A DNA stretch of 63,064 nucleotides, counting the filler, from an uncultured Synergistales bacterium (GTDB lineage Bacteria > Synergistota > Synergistia > Synergistales > Aminobacteriaceae), in the NCBI GenBank assembly GCA_937897575.1. It is 5 parts of 5 records of this genome, joined end to end, with 100 filler letters (N's around TTAATTAATTAA, not from the genome) between each part and the next. Parts side by side here need not be neighbours in the genome. Positions count along the whole stretch, not along the records: positions 1 to 17,116 come from CALCQG010000088.1; 4 more parts are not named here. One strand, written 5' to 3'. Both the position numbers and the translations under genes were made by a program. Of the stretch, positions 1 to 9,051 are shown piece after piece (within the stretch, counting starts at the first letter, position 1; each line of letters begins with the position of its first letter). The notes under the pieces are model-generated. The model ran no database searches. It saw only the letters and a list, made by a program, of their open reading frames with translations, and was not told the origin of the DNA.

Positions 1-2
1 GG

Positions 3-215
3 CCGGGCATCGCGCCTCAGACAGTCCCGCTCCTCTTCGAGCGCTTCCGGAGAGGGGACCACCATCGGGCCAGGGGCGAATGGGGCAAGGGCGGCTACGG
101 CCTCGGCCTGGCCATCGCGAAGAAGATACTGACCCATGCCGGCGGGGACATCCTCTACATTCCCTCGGCTCAGGGTGCGACCTTCGAGACCCGTCTGCCC
201 AAGAGCACGATGTGA
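3..215 (+). CDS. Sensor histidine kinase, C-terminal HATPase_c fragment (5' end outside window)
   Basis: Frame 3 translates PGIAPQTVPLLFERFRRGD...GGYGLGLAIAKKIL..AGGDI......GATF, i.e. G1/F/G2 boxes; ends TGA 213-215. Not in the ORF track. Confidence 0.88.
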   Translation, partial: PGIAPQTVPLLFERFRRGDHHRARGEWGKGGYGLGLAIAKKILTHAGGDILYIPSAQGATFETRLPKSTM

Positions 216-227
216 GGACAGCCGAAC

Positions 228-268
228 ACAAGGCGGGGCCCCGGAGACGAACCGGGGCCCCGCCTTGT
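228..268. terminator. Hairpin between convergent genes
   Basis: ACAAGGCGGGGCCCCGG-agacgaa-CCGGGGCCCCGCCTTGT perfect inverted repeat. Confidence 0.7.
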
Positions 269-378
269 GCTGCACCTGCACGGGACTTTGCGCGACGCGG
301 GCACCCTGGCCAGGGGCATCCCTTCCGCCTCCCCCGGTGAACGGTATCCTGACCGGATCCCTCTTCGAAAGAAGAAAG

Positions 379-1287
379 CTACAGGCTCACGGCCACGACT
401 CCGACGAGGATGGAGAGAATGCCGGCGTACTGGAGGGGGCGCATCGTCTCACCCAGAAACAGGACGCCCAAGGCGGCGGCGATGAACGGGCTTGTCGCCG
501 TGATCGCCGTCCCAACGGAGACGGGGATGAGTTCGATGCCCTTCGTGAAGACGATTCCGCCGAGCCCCATGCCCGTGATGCCTGCGACCGTCGCCCAGAA
601 CCAGGCGATCCGTCCTCTTTGGAAGAGCATGGGCGGCCGCTCTCTCTTCGCGGTGACGATGGCGGCCCAGTACCCCCAGGAGACGGCGGAGAGCCAATAT
701 GACCGCCACAGCGTGACGGAGCCCGGGGTGACGCCGCGGGAGAGAAGCCACTTCTGGAGAAGCGACATGCCCGCAAGCCCGACGGCGGCGACGATGGCGT
801 AGAAAAAGCCCGAGGCGGAGCGGGCCGCATCCGTGGACGAGGGCGTCGTACCTTCTCCGTGCGGCCCGGACCGGAGCAGAAAAAGCCCCGCCATGATGAA
901 GCAGAGCCCGAGGATCAGCGGGACGGTGAGGGGCTCTCCGAGCCAAAGGGTCGAGGCCAGGGCGACGAGGATGGGGTTGCACGAGGAGATGGACACGGCC
1001 TTCCCGGCCCCGATGAGCTGAATTGCCCGGAAGTAGGACAGATCGCCGAGGACGTTTCCCGACAGGGTGAGGAGCAGCGTCGTGGGCAGCAGGGAAAGTT
1101 CGTAGGGCCAGCCGAGGCTGTTATCGCTGAACAGACAGTAGCCGATGGTGATGGCGAGGAACCCGATGGTTCTGGCCGCCGCGGTCTCCGTCCTCGTCAT
1201 GGACTCCAGGGTCTTCTTCAGGCAGACGGGGCCGATGGCCCAGAAGACCGCCGCGGCGAAGCAGTACAGAATTCCGGTTACGTTCAC
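379..1287 (-). CDS. DMT/EamA family transporter
   Basis: About ten hydrophobic segments in two EamA-like halves (LGE motifs); GTG start after GGAGAG and downstream of a promoter. Confidence 0.88.
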   Translation of the reverse strand: MNVTGILYCFAAAVFWAIGPVCLKKTLESMTRTETAAARTIGFLAITIGYCLFSDNSLGWPYELSLLPTTLLLTLSGNVLGDLSYFRAIQLIGAGKAVSISSCNPILVALASTLWLGEPLTVPLILGLCFIMAGLFLLRSGPHGEGTTPSSTDAARSASGFFYAIVAAVGLAGMSLLQKWLLSRGVTPGSVTLWRSYWLSAVSWGYWAAIVTAKRERPPMLFQRGRIAWFWATVAGITGMGLGGIVFTKGIELIPVSVGTAITATSPFIAAALGVLFLGETMRPLQYAGILSILVGVVAVSL

Positions 1288-1321
1288 GCTCTCCGTTCCT
1301 CGCTTTCGTGGTGTCCCCTGC

Positions 1322-1350
1322 ATTGTAGCCACAGCGGCCCCGAATGGCAA
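1322..1350 (-). promoter_or_regulatory. sigma70-type promoter of the DMT gene
   Basis: TTGCCA-17 nt-TACAAT on the minus strand. Confidence 0.6.
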
Positions 1351-1668
1351 ACGGCAAAAAGATGAAAGGAGGCAAAGCGACCGCGGGTACCTTTCTCTTG
1401 CAGCCGCTGAGGAGACCCCTTTCGGCAGGGACGCGGCGGAATGAACAGACGCCGTCCTCGTCAAGGGTGACCGCCACGTCGGCATGACAGACCCCGCGGC
1501 CCGTCATCCGGTCGCCGACATCGGGCGTGCTCCGGCTGCGAGCGCCTTTGACACGTCGACCGTCGCCCAGCCTCGGTTCGGTCGCTCCGGCGGAAGGATG
1601 TCCACAAGAGAGAACGGAGGTCTTCTGAGACCGGAGGAGCAGGGCGGCGGAGGAACGCCGCGTGCGAT

Positions 1669-1702
1669 AAAAACGACGTGCCGCCTGCTGTTTGGCGGCA
1701 CG
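1669..1702 (-). terminator. Terminator after NUDIX gene
   Basis: CGTGCCGCC...GGCGGCACG stem followed by TCGTTTTT on the minus strand. Confidence 0.55.
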
Positions 1703-1739
1703 CCCCATAGACCGGTGTTCTGTCGGCAGAACCCTTCGG

Positions 1740-2213
1740 TCAGCGCCAGATACACTCGCCGTTTTCCAACATCTCCACGGGCAGGTCGGCGGGCACGCCG
1801 CTCCGGATGATGGGCAGCAGCTTCACGTAAAAGGGGTGGATGCCCGGCAGGGTCATGCTCTCGTCGAGTCCGGCCCAGAACAGATGCCCCTCGTCGCTTT
1901 CCCGCAATGTCCCCGTGAAGTCGCGGCAGACGTAGTAGTGGGAGACGTACTCCTTCGGGCTTCCGTGGCGCCAGGCGTGGAGCACCCCGGCGAAGGTCCG
2001 TCCACCCAGGACGTAGCCCGTCTCCTCGAACATCTCTCGGGCGCAGGCGTCACTCAGGCTCTCGCCGCGCTTCTTCCGTCCCCCCGGTATGGTGACCTCA
2101 CCCCGGTAGGGCTCGTTGGCCCGGCGGATCAAGAGAATCTCGTCGCCCCGAATCAGGAAGCAGAACACGATCAGAGCCGTATAAAAACAGTCGTCCCAAC
2201 TTTCGGTGGTCAT
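1740..2213 (-). CDS. NUDIX hydrolase (MutT/8-oxo-dGTPase-like)
   Basis: Nudix box PGGRKKRGESLSDACAREMFEETG. Confidence 0.9.
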   Translation of the reverse strand: MTTESWDDCFYTALIVFCFLIRGDEILLIRRANEPYRGEVTIPGGRKKRGESLSDACAREMFEETGYVLGGRTFAGVLHAWRHGSPKEYVSHYYVCRDFTGTLRESDEGHLFWAGLDESMTLPGIHPFYVKLLPIIRSGVPADLPVEMLENGECIWR

Positions 2214-2317
2214 GAAGCCAGCCCCCTCTTCTGCAGCACACCCACGGTGATTATATCGGGAAAGGGGTCCTTGTGGCGAGATTCACCGAACAAACCGAAG
2301 GGATGAGCCCAATCTGC

Positions 2318-2356
2318 ATGAGAAAGACGGCTGCTCAGCAGCCGCCTTTCTCATGT
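2318..2356. terminator. Hairpin downstream of the NSS transporter
   Basis: CATGAGAAAGaCGGCTGC-tca-GCAGCCGcCTTTCTCATG. Confidence 0.55.
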
Positions 2357-2403
2357 CGTGACTCTGCAAAGTCGTCCTGTCCTCCGACATGTTCTCCAAA
2401 GAA

Positions 2404-3714
2404 TCAGAGCACAGAGGTGAGGAAAATGAAGGCGATGACGATGGGGCTTACGTACTGCACGCTGACCTTCAGCCAGGTACGCGCGAAGGGGCTCTGCACG
2501 TTCGTCGCATCGACGAAGTTGTCGGCGCCCCAGATCCACCCGACGAAGATGGCGATGGCGAGGGCCCCCAGGGGGAGGATGTAGTTGTTGGTCAGCGCGT
2601 CGCAGATGGCGAAGAACCGTCCAGCAGGCAGGCAGAACCAGCCGACGACGGTCATGAAAGTGAGGGTGACCGCGAGGGCTTTCTTGCGGCTCATGGCGAA
2701 CTGGTCCATGAACATGCCCACGACGGCCTCGGCGACGCCGACGGAGGAGGTGATGGCGGCTATATAGAAGCCGAAGAAGAACAGGGTCCCGAGAATAGCT
2801 CCTCCCGGCATGGTGTTGAACACCAGCGGCACCGTCATGAAGACCAATCCCACGCTGGATGTCGCCTCGAAGCCCGCGGAGAAGAGGGCGGGAAATATCA
2901 TGAGCCCTGCCATGAGCCCTGCGGATATGAGCGCGACGCAGATGATGAAGGAGCTTTTCCCGATGTTCTCCCGCGGGTTCTTGATGTAGCTCCCGAAGAC
3001 CATGGATGCGAGCATGCCGATGCCGACGGCGAAGAAGGCTTGACCCAGGGCGGTCTGCAACGAAGCAAGGCCGAAGTTCTCCATGTTCGGACGGAACAGG
3101 AAATCAAGTCCCTTGGAGGAGCCGGGCATCCGAAATCCCGCGATGATCAGCACGGCCATGATGACGCCGAGCACGGGCAGGAAGACCTTTGTCAGCAGCT
3201 CTACGCCTCGCTTCACGCCTCCGTTGACGATCACGACGGTGATGACCAGGTTCAGCGCAGCGAACGCTGCAACGAGGCCGGTATTCCCCGTGAAGGCCTG
3301 GAAGAAGGCGCCCAGCGCCGCAGAGTCCATTCCGGCGAAGGTCCCGGCGGCGGCGTGGTACAGGTACCCCAGAATCCACGCATAGATGGGGAGCGTGTAG
3401 GAGATGATCAGCAGCGCCGCCAGCAGATGGGCGTATCCGGCGTAGGACCAGATGCGTTGACGGGGAGCCAGCGCTCTGTACGCCAGCACGGCGGTCTTCT
3501 GCGTCTTGAAGCCCATGGTGATTTCGGCCGTCAGCAGAGGAATACCGATGACCAGGATAATCGCCACATAGGCGATGAGAAAGAGCGCTCCGCCGTTCGT
3601 GCCCAGCAGATAGGGGAACCGCCATATGGAGCCCACGCCCACCGCAAAACCGATCGCAGTGAAAAGGAACCCCATGAAAGAGCTGAATGCGTTCTCGTTT
3701 GTGCGTTCCGACAT
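2404..3714 (-). CDS. Sodium-dependent amino acid transporter (NSS/SNF family)
   Basis: AIGFAVGVGSIWRFPY..GTNGGALF signature; multi-TM. Confidence 0.93.
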   Translation of the reverse strand: MSERTNENAFSSFMGFLFTAIGFAVGVGSIWRFPYLLGTNGGALFLIAYVAIILVIGIPLLTAEITMGFKTQKTAVLAYRALAPRQRIWSYAGYAHLLAALLIISYTLPIYAWILGYLYHAAAGTFAGMDSAALGAFFQAFTGNTGLVAAFAALNLVITVVIVNGGVKRGVELLTKVFLPVLGVIMAVLIIAGFRMPGSSKGLDFLFRPNMENFGLASLQTALGQAFFAVGIGMLASMVFGSYIKNPRENIGKSSFIICVALISAGLMAGLMIFPALFSAGFEATSSVGLVFMTVPLVFNTMPGGAILGTLFFFGFYIAAITSSVGVAEAVVGMFMDQFAMSRKKALAVTLTFMTVVGWFCLPAGRFFAICDALTNNYILPLGALAIAIFVGWIWGADNFVDATNVQSPFARTWLKVSVQYVSPIVIAFIFLTSVL

Positions 3715-3765
3715 AGTATCCTCCGCCTCTCTCCGTTCACTCGAAAGATATGGCGCCTGGACTCC

Positions 3766-5100
3766 TTACTTGTAAAGCAGGTCCTCGCAGTGCCTGTAGA
3801 CGAACTCGGTGGGGGTGATGCCCTGTTCCTTGGCGCCCTGCAGCGACATGATCGTGTTGGCCGGCATGATTGCCTCGATCTTCTTGCGCAGGCTCTCCTC
3901 CGTGCCGTCGAACAGGTACTCCTCGGCGCCGCAGATGACGCCGGCGGTATTGTGCCACCACTCGACCTGGTAGACGATGCCGCGGTCGGCGATCAGCTTG
4001 GCCAGACGAATCTCCTCCTCCTGGGACGATGCCTTGAGCCCGTTGTTCGAGGAGCCGAAGATATACGTGCAGTTCAGCTTCGCGATGGTGCTCTCGTCGA
4101 AAATACCGCCGATTGCACAGGGGCTCAGGATGTCGACCTTCCGGAAGAGCACCTCCGACACGGGGCAGGAGACGATGTTGTAGCCGGGGTGCGCCGCGAT
4201 GAAACGCCGGACGGTGTCGGGGTTGATGTCGGCCACGACGAGCTCCGAGACGCCCCCCTCGAGCAGGTGCTCTCCCATATACCAGCCGACGGCTCCCAGG
4301 CCCATCACTGCCGCGGTCTTCCCCTTGATGCCGGGCTTCCCTTCATGGAACTTCACCGCTTCCAGAAGTGCGAGGTATACGCCGTAGGCGGTGGGTTTTC
4401 CCGTTTCGCCGGTCTTGGCGGCGGGTCCACCGGTAAACTGCATGGAGTAGCCTTCCCGGATCATGACGTCCGACATCTCCGTCGGGAAATTCATGTCGGG
4501 GCCGGTCATATCCCTGCAGCTGTCGAGGGCGAAGGCCAGAAAGCCCATAACCTCCATGTTCTCCAGGTCCAGCGGCGCCATCGTGACGGTGGCCTTGCAG
4601 CCTCCGAAGGGCAGATGCCCGGCGATGTTCTTGAAGCTCATCCCTCGTCCGAGGTTCAGACCGTCGATGATGACGTCGAGCTCCTCCTCGTCGTAGGAGT
4701 GGCGGCGAATGCCTCCGGCCATGATGGCGTGGCTTTTGTTGTGCAGACCAAGTTTCCGGCTGTGCTCGTGCATCATGTACCGGATGTCGTACTTCGCATA
4801 GTAGAAGAGGTCGATTCCGAAGTGTTTGCCCGCCCTCAGCAGGTCGAGCACCTCCTCCAGATATGCCTTCTGGCCATGTTTCTCGAAGAGAGCCCATACC
4901 TCCCTGGTGTTCAGGTACTTCGCGTCCTCCGTGAAGATGCCGTCGATCCACCATGCGCGGTTGTACTGCGAGAAATCGAAGTCCTTCTCCCACTCTTTCG
5001 CCGCATAGAGCCGGACCGCACCGGTCTTGAAGTCGTACCGGATCCTCATGGTCGTCAATCCCTCATTGCGCAGTGGAATGAACAGACTTTTTTCCATCAT
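3766..5100 (-). CDS. Glu/Leu/Phe/Val dehydrogenase family protein
   Basis: AGGIR, L.RGMSFK, FGGCK, GPDM, TAYGV, GLGAVG, ILSPCAIGG motifs. Confidence 0.9.
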   Translation of the reverse strand: MMEKSLFIPLRNEGLTTMRIRYDFKTGAVRLYAAKEWEKDFDFSQYNRAWWIDGIFTEDAKYLNTREVWALFEKHGQKAYLEEVLDLLRAGKHFGIDLFYYAKYDIRYMMHEHSRKLGLHNKSHAIMAGGIRRHSYDEEELDVIIDGLNLGRGMSFKNIAGHLPFGGCKATVTMAPLDLENMEVMGFLAFALDSCRDMTGPDMNFPTEMSDVMIREGYSMQFTGGPAAKTGETGKPTAYGVYLALLEAVKFHEGKPGIKGKTAAVMGLGAVGWYMGEHLLEGGVSELVVADINPDTVRRFIAAHPGYNIVSCPVSEVLFRKVDILSPCAIGGIFDESTIAKLNCTYIFGSSNNGLKASSQEEEIRLAKLIADRGIVYQVEWWHNTAGVICGAEEYLFDGTEESLRKKIEAIMPANTIMSLQGAKEQGITPTEFVYRHCEDLLYK

Positions 5101-5633
5101 GCACCCCCCGTTTCACTGAATTATTTAACAGGGCATCTTATCACAAAAAAATACATTGTGCATGATATTGTTACAGTTTCATGTTCCAGTCATCGAAAAC
5201 TTGCGCAAATACGATGGCAGCCTGATCTTCGCTGCATCGTTCGTCTGCTCTGATAGGTCGGAAAGAGAAATATCGAAGGTTTTACATTGGGTTATGCTCA
5301 TTGACGGGAAATGAAGTGAAGGGAACGTCGAATACTTCACGGTCAACGCGGTGCGTCTCCGCGTTCCCGTTCGGTGCGCACAGAAATGGAACATCGAACG
5401 TCCTAGTGTCCTCTCAGGCGATCTGCACGGCTCCCTACGGTGCGCCGGCAGCCTGCACCGGTCGTCAAACGCTGCACGGACGCTTTAGTTTCTCGACGGA
5501 CTCCCTACGGTGTGCGCGGGGGAATGGAACATCGAACGCTTCATAATCAGCCCGGTTCATCTTCGTGCTCCCATTCGGTGCGCACGGATTCACTGGGCTG
5601 ATTTATTTGCTTTTCGATGGAAACGATTGACTC

Positions 5634-5667
5634 AAAAAGGTCCCGGCAAAAAGCCGGGACCTTTTTT
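5634..5667. terminator. Bidirectional intrinsic terminator-like hairpin
   Basis: AAAAAGGTCCCGGC-aaaaa-GCCGGGACCTTTTTT. Confidence 0.75.
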
Positions 5668-5852
5668 GGTCATCTGCTTCTGCTCGTCAAACGCTGCACG
5701 AACGCTTAGTTCCTCGACGGACTCCCTACGGTGCGTCCTGAGTCACTGAAGCGCCCTGTTTGCTTTTTGACGTTAGCGACCGACATAGCATATGTCCGAC
5801 GATCTGGCCTCACCGGAGGCCAAGGAGTCGCGACAGATGCTATCCAGAGGAC

Positions 5853-5885
5853 AAAAACGAGAGGGTTTGAACCCTCTCGTTTTTT
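5853..5885. terminator. gyrB terminator (bidirectional)
   Basis: AAAAACGAGAGGGTT-tg-AACCCTCTCGTTTTT immediately after the gyrB stop. Confidence 0.8.
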
Positions 5886-5896
5886 GGTTGTCTGCT

Positions 5897-7807
5897 TCAT
5901 ACATCCAAATTCCTGACCAGGTGGGCGTGGGCCTCGATGAACTCTCGTCTGGGCTCGACCCTGTCGCCCATGAGGATGCTGAAGTACTCGTCGGCCTCCA
6001 TGCCGTCCTCGATTTCGACCTTTTTGAGCATTCGGTTCTGGGGGTCCATGGTGGTCTCCCAGAGCTGGTCGGGGTTCATCTCGCCGAGGCCCTTGTACCG
6101 TTGCACGCTGAACTTGGTGGGGTCGGCGGCGCCGTCGAGGATGGCCCGGAGCTCCTTCTCGTTGTAGCAGTAGGTCACCGTCTTGCCCTTCTGCACCCGG
6201 TAGAGGGGGGGCTGGGCGAGGTAGAGGTAGCCGTTTTCGATGAGGGTCGGCGTGTAGCGGTAGAAGAAGGTGAGGAGCAGGGTGCTGATGTGGGCTCCGT
6301 CGACGTCGGCGTCGGTCATTATGATGATCTTGTGGTACCGCAGCTTCGTCGGGTCGAAGTCCTCGCCGATGCCTGTGCCGAGGGTCTGGATGATGGTCCG
6401 GATCTCCTGGTTCCCCAGCGCCTTGTCGACGCGCGCTTTCTCCACGTTGAGGATCTTGCCCCGCAGGGGGAGGATGGCCTGGAAGCTTCTGTCCCGTCCC
6501 TGTTTGGCGCTGCCGCCTGCGGAGTCGCCCTCTACGATGTATATTTCGCAGTGCTCCGGATTCTTGTTGGAGCAGTCGGCGAGCTTTCCCGGGAGGCTCA
6601 GGCCGGACATGGCGGTCTTGCGGACGAGTTCCCGGGCTTTTTTGGCCGCGTCGCGGGCCTGGCGCGCCTTGATGGCCTTTTCGACCACGACCTTCACGGC
6701 GGCGTCGTGCTCCTCGAACCAGTTCAGGAGGCCGTCGTAGACGATGGAGTCCACGATGCCCTTCACGTCGCTGTTTCCAAGCTTGGTCTTCGTCTGCCCC
6801 TCGAACTGCGGGCTGGGGAGTTTCACGGAGATGACGGCGGTGAGGCCCTCCTTGAGGTCGTCGCCGGTGAGATTCTCCTCCTTCTCCTTCAGGTACTTGC
6901 CGCGCCGCGCCGCTTCGTTCACGGCCCTGGTGAGGGCCGTCCTGAAGCCCGACACGTGGGTCCCCCCCTCCATGGTGTGGATGAGGTTGGCGAAGCCGAA
7001 GACGCGTTCCATATAGGTGTCGTTGTACTGCAACCCCAGGTCCACGGCCACGGTGTCCCTCTCTCCGGAGATCACGATGGGTTCGGGGAAGAGGGGGGTC
7101 TTGCCCCTGTTGAGGTATTCGATGAAGGAGCGCATGCCGCCCTCGTAGCAGAACTCCTTGACCTTCCCCTCGCGGCGGTCGTCGAGGCATATGGCGAGCC
7201 CCGGGTTCAGGAACGCCAGTTCGCGGAAGCGGGCGCTGAGGACCTCGAAGGAGAAGTGAATCTCCTCGAAGATGAGCTTGTCGGGCATGAAGCGGACGAT
7301 GGTCCCCTGTTTGTCCATCGGGACGCCGTCGGAGAGGTCCGTCACGGGCACGCCGCGCTCGAAGCGCTGGCTTCGTGCCAGTCCTCCGCGGCAGATGGTG
7401 ACCTCCAGCCATTCCGAAAGGGCGTTGACGACGGAGACGCCGACGCCGTGCAGGCCGCCGCTGACCTTGTAGGCCTTGTTGTCGAACTTGCCGCCGGCGT
7501 GGAGGACGGTGAGAACGACCTCCGAGGCCGGACGTCCGTTGGAGGGGTGGGGGTCCGTGGGGATGCCCCGGCCGTTGTCCTCCACGGAGACGCTTTCGTC
7601 CTCGTGGACGGTGACGACGATACGGTCACAGTACCCGCCGATGGCCTCGTCGATGGAGTTGTCCACCACCTCGTACACGAGATGATGAAGCCCCTTGGCC
7701 GATGTATCGCCGATGTACATGCTCGGCCGCATCCGGACGGCCTTCAGGCCCTCGAGGACCTGGATGCTGCTCGCGGTATACTGCGTATCCGACGGACTTA
7801 CGTTCAT
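5897..7807 (-). CDS. gyrB: DNA gyrase subunit B
   Basis: [65 protein letters not shown]. Confidence 0.97.
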   Translation of the reverse strand: MNVSPSDTQYTASSIQVLEGLKAVRMRPSMYIGDTSAKGLHHLVYEVVDNSIDEAIGGYCDRIVVTVHEDESVSVEDNGRGIPTDPHPSNGRPASEVVLTVLHAGGKFDNKAYKVSGGLHGVGVSVVNALSEWLEVTICRGGLARSQRFERGVPVTDLSDGVPMDKQGTIVRFMPDKLIFEEIHFSFEVLSARFRELAFLNPGLAICLDDRREGKVKEFCYEGGMRSFIEYLNRGKTPLFPEPIVISGERDTVAVDLGLQYNDTYMERVFGFANLIHTMEGGTHVSGFRTALTRAVNEAARRGKYLKEKEENLTGDDLKEGLTAVISVKLPSPQFEGQTKTKLGNSDVKGIVDSIVYDGLLNWFEEHDAAVKVVVEKAIKARQARDAAKKARELVRKTAMSGLSLPGKLADCSNKNPEHCEIYIVEGDSAGGSAKQGRDRSFQAILPLRGKILNVEKARVDKALGNQEIRTIIQTLGTGIGEDFDPTKLRYHKIIIMTDADVDGAHISTLLLTFFYRYTPTLIENGYLYLAQPPLYRVQKGKTVTYCYNEKELRAILDGAADPTKFSVQRYKGLGEMNPDQLWETTMDPQNRMLKKVEIEDGMEADEYFSILMGDRVEPRREFIEAHAHLVRNLDV

Positions 7808-8022
7808 TTCGTTCTTCCTCCAGTGTGGGCGAGAAAGGGTCGGGCGTTCTCCCTTGCCTCTTTCGCGAAAGCGTTGTATCGTTTTGCCAGGGTCTCGGGC
7901 CGAAAGCCCGTGGAGAGGAGGGAGCCGTCCCGCAGGCAGATGGCGGTCTCGTTCCCGTACCGCACAAGGGCGACCACCCGGCGGATGGAGACGGCGCTTT
8001 TTCCTTCAAGGGGGATGAACAT
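7804..8022 (-). CDS. Small protein, RemB/YaaB (DUF370)-like
   Basis: Overlaps gyrB start; [17 protein letters not shown]...[11 protein letters not shown] resembles the RemB-type gene found upstream of gyrB. Confidence 0.55.
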   Translation of the reverse strand: MFIPLEGKSAVSIRRVVALVRYGNETAICLRDGSLLSTGFRPETLAKRYNAFAKEARENARPFLAHTGGRTK

Positions 8023-8105
8023 TCCTCGTCAACTCCAATGCGTGATCTACAACCTCACTATTATACCAGAACTCTTGGCAGGACTGAAAAAAGGAGCGGG
8101 TGGAA

Positions 8106-9008
8106 ATGGGTTTCAGGGAGATGAGCGGCGAGTTTCGCGCCATAATTGTCCGGGTTGTGCAGGAGGTCCGGCGGGAGTGGACCTCCTTTCTCGCGGTGAC
8201 GGCCGGTGTGGCCATTCAGGCCTTCGCTACGGTGCTCTTCGTGCTGCCCAACGAATTCCCCGATCTGGGGGTCTCGGGCGTCGCCGTCCTGTCGCACTAC
8301 GCCTTGGGCCTCTCGCCGTCCCTCGTCCTCCTCGCGCTGAACACGCTCCTGATGGTCTGGGCGTGGAGAGAGCTGTCGCCCCGGTTCGTCCTGTGGACCG
8401 CCTACGCCGTGATGCTCTTCTCGCTGCTCCTGGAGGTCTTCGGCTACCTTCCCATCCCCTTCGTGGGGGACAAGTTCATGGCGGCCGTGGTGTCGGGCGT
8501 GCTGCGGGGCTTCGGCTGCGGGCTCGTCCTGCTCGTGGGCGGCTCGACGGGCGGGCTCGACATCCCCGCCGTGGCCATACAGAAGCGCTACGGCGTCGAG
8601 ATCGGTCAGTTCTCGATCTATGTGAACATCGCGATCCTCGTGCTCTCCTTCTTCGTCGTAGGCCTTGACGCGACGATCTACGGAGCGGCGGCCCTCTACG
8701 TGTTCGGCATCGTGCTGGACAACACCACGAGGTCCTTCGACCGGCGGAAGCAGGCCTTCGTCGTAACGACCATGCCCGAGGCGGTGTCGGGGTACATCAA
8801 CTCCATGCTGAACCGCGGGACGACGCTGATCCCGGCCACGGGCGGCTATTCGGGCGAAAGAAGAGTGATCATCATAACCTTTCTCGAGACGAGGAAGGTC
8901 GTGCAGCTGAAGCAGTACCTCGCGGCCAACGACCCGCAGGCCTTCATGTCCGTCTCCGAGGCCTCCGAGGTCGTGGGGAAGGGGTTCAAGAGCTGGAAGA
9001 ATCTGTAA
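8106..9008 (+). CDS. YitT family membrane protein
   Basis: GVSG, GGSTGGLD, RGTT..PATGGYSG, DPQAFMSV.EASEV.GKGF. Confidence 0.92.
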   Translation: MGFREMSGEFRAIIVRVVQEVRREWTSFLAVTAGVAIQAFATVLFVLPNEFPDLGVSGVAVLSHYALGLSPSLVLLALNTLLMVWAWRELSPRFVLWTAYAVMLFSLLLEVFGYLPIPFVGDKFMAAVVSGVLRGFGCGLVLLVGGSTGGLDIPAVAIQKRYGVEIGQFSIYVNIAILVLSFFVVGLDATIYGAAALYVFGIVLDNTTRSFDRRKQAFVVTTMPEAVSGYINSMLNRGTTLIPATGGYSGERRVIIITFLETRKVVQLKQYLAANDPQAFMSVSEASEVVGKGFKSWKNL

Positions 9009-9051
9009 CACCCGACGAGGCGAGGTCGGATCACGCTCCGCCGTGCAGTTT

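Larger units (their letters stand above)
5322..5898. repeat. Array of degenerate imperfect palindromes plus two duplicated terminator-like hairpins
   Basis: Core TCCC(TA/ATT/GTT)CGGTG occurs five times; full palindromes at 5530-5619 and 5685-5772; half copies at 5322-5381 and 5462-5512; hairpin 5785-5843. Confidence 0.8.

Noticed and set aside
1350..1660. Possible riboswitch or small-gene remnant upstream of the DMT gene
   Set aside because: No convincing aptamer consensus, and it lies upstream of the predicted promoter
5322..5772. CRISPR array or canonical integron attC cluster
   Set aside because: Irregular period, no constant repeat with unique spacers, no cas or intI, no cassette ORFs, and no RYYYAAC/GTTRRRY pair; kept as an unexplained structured array
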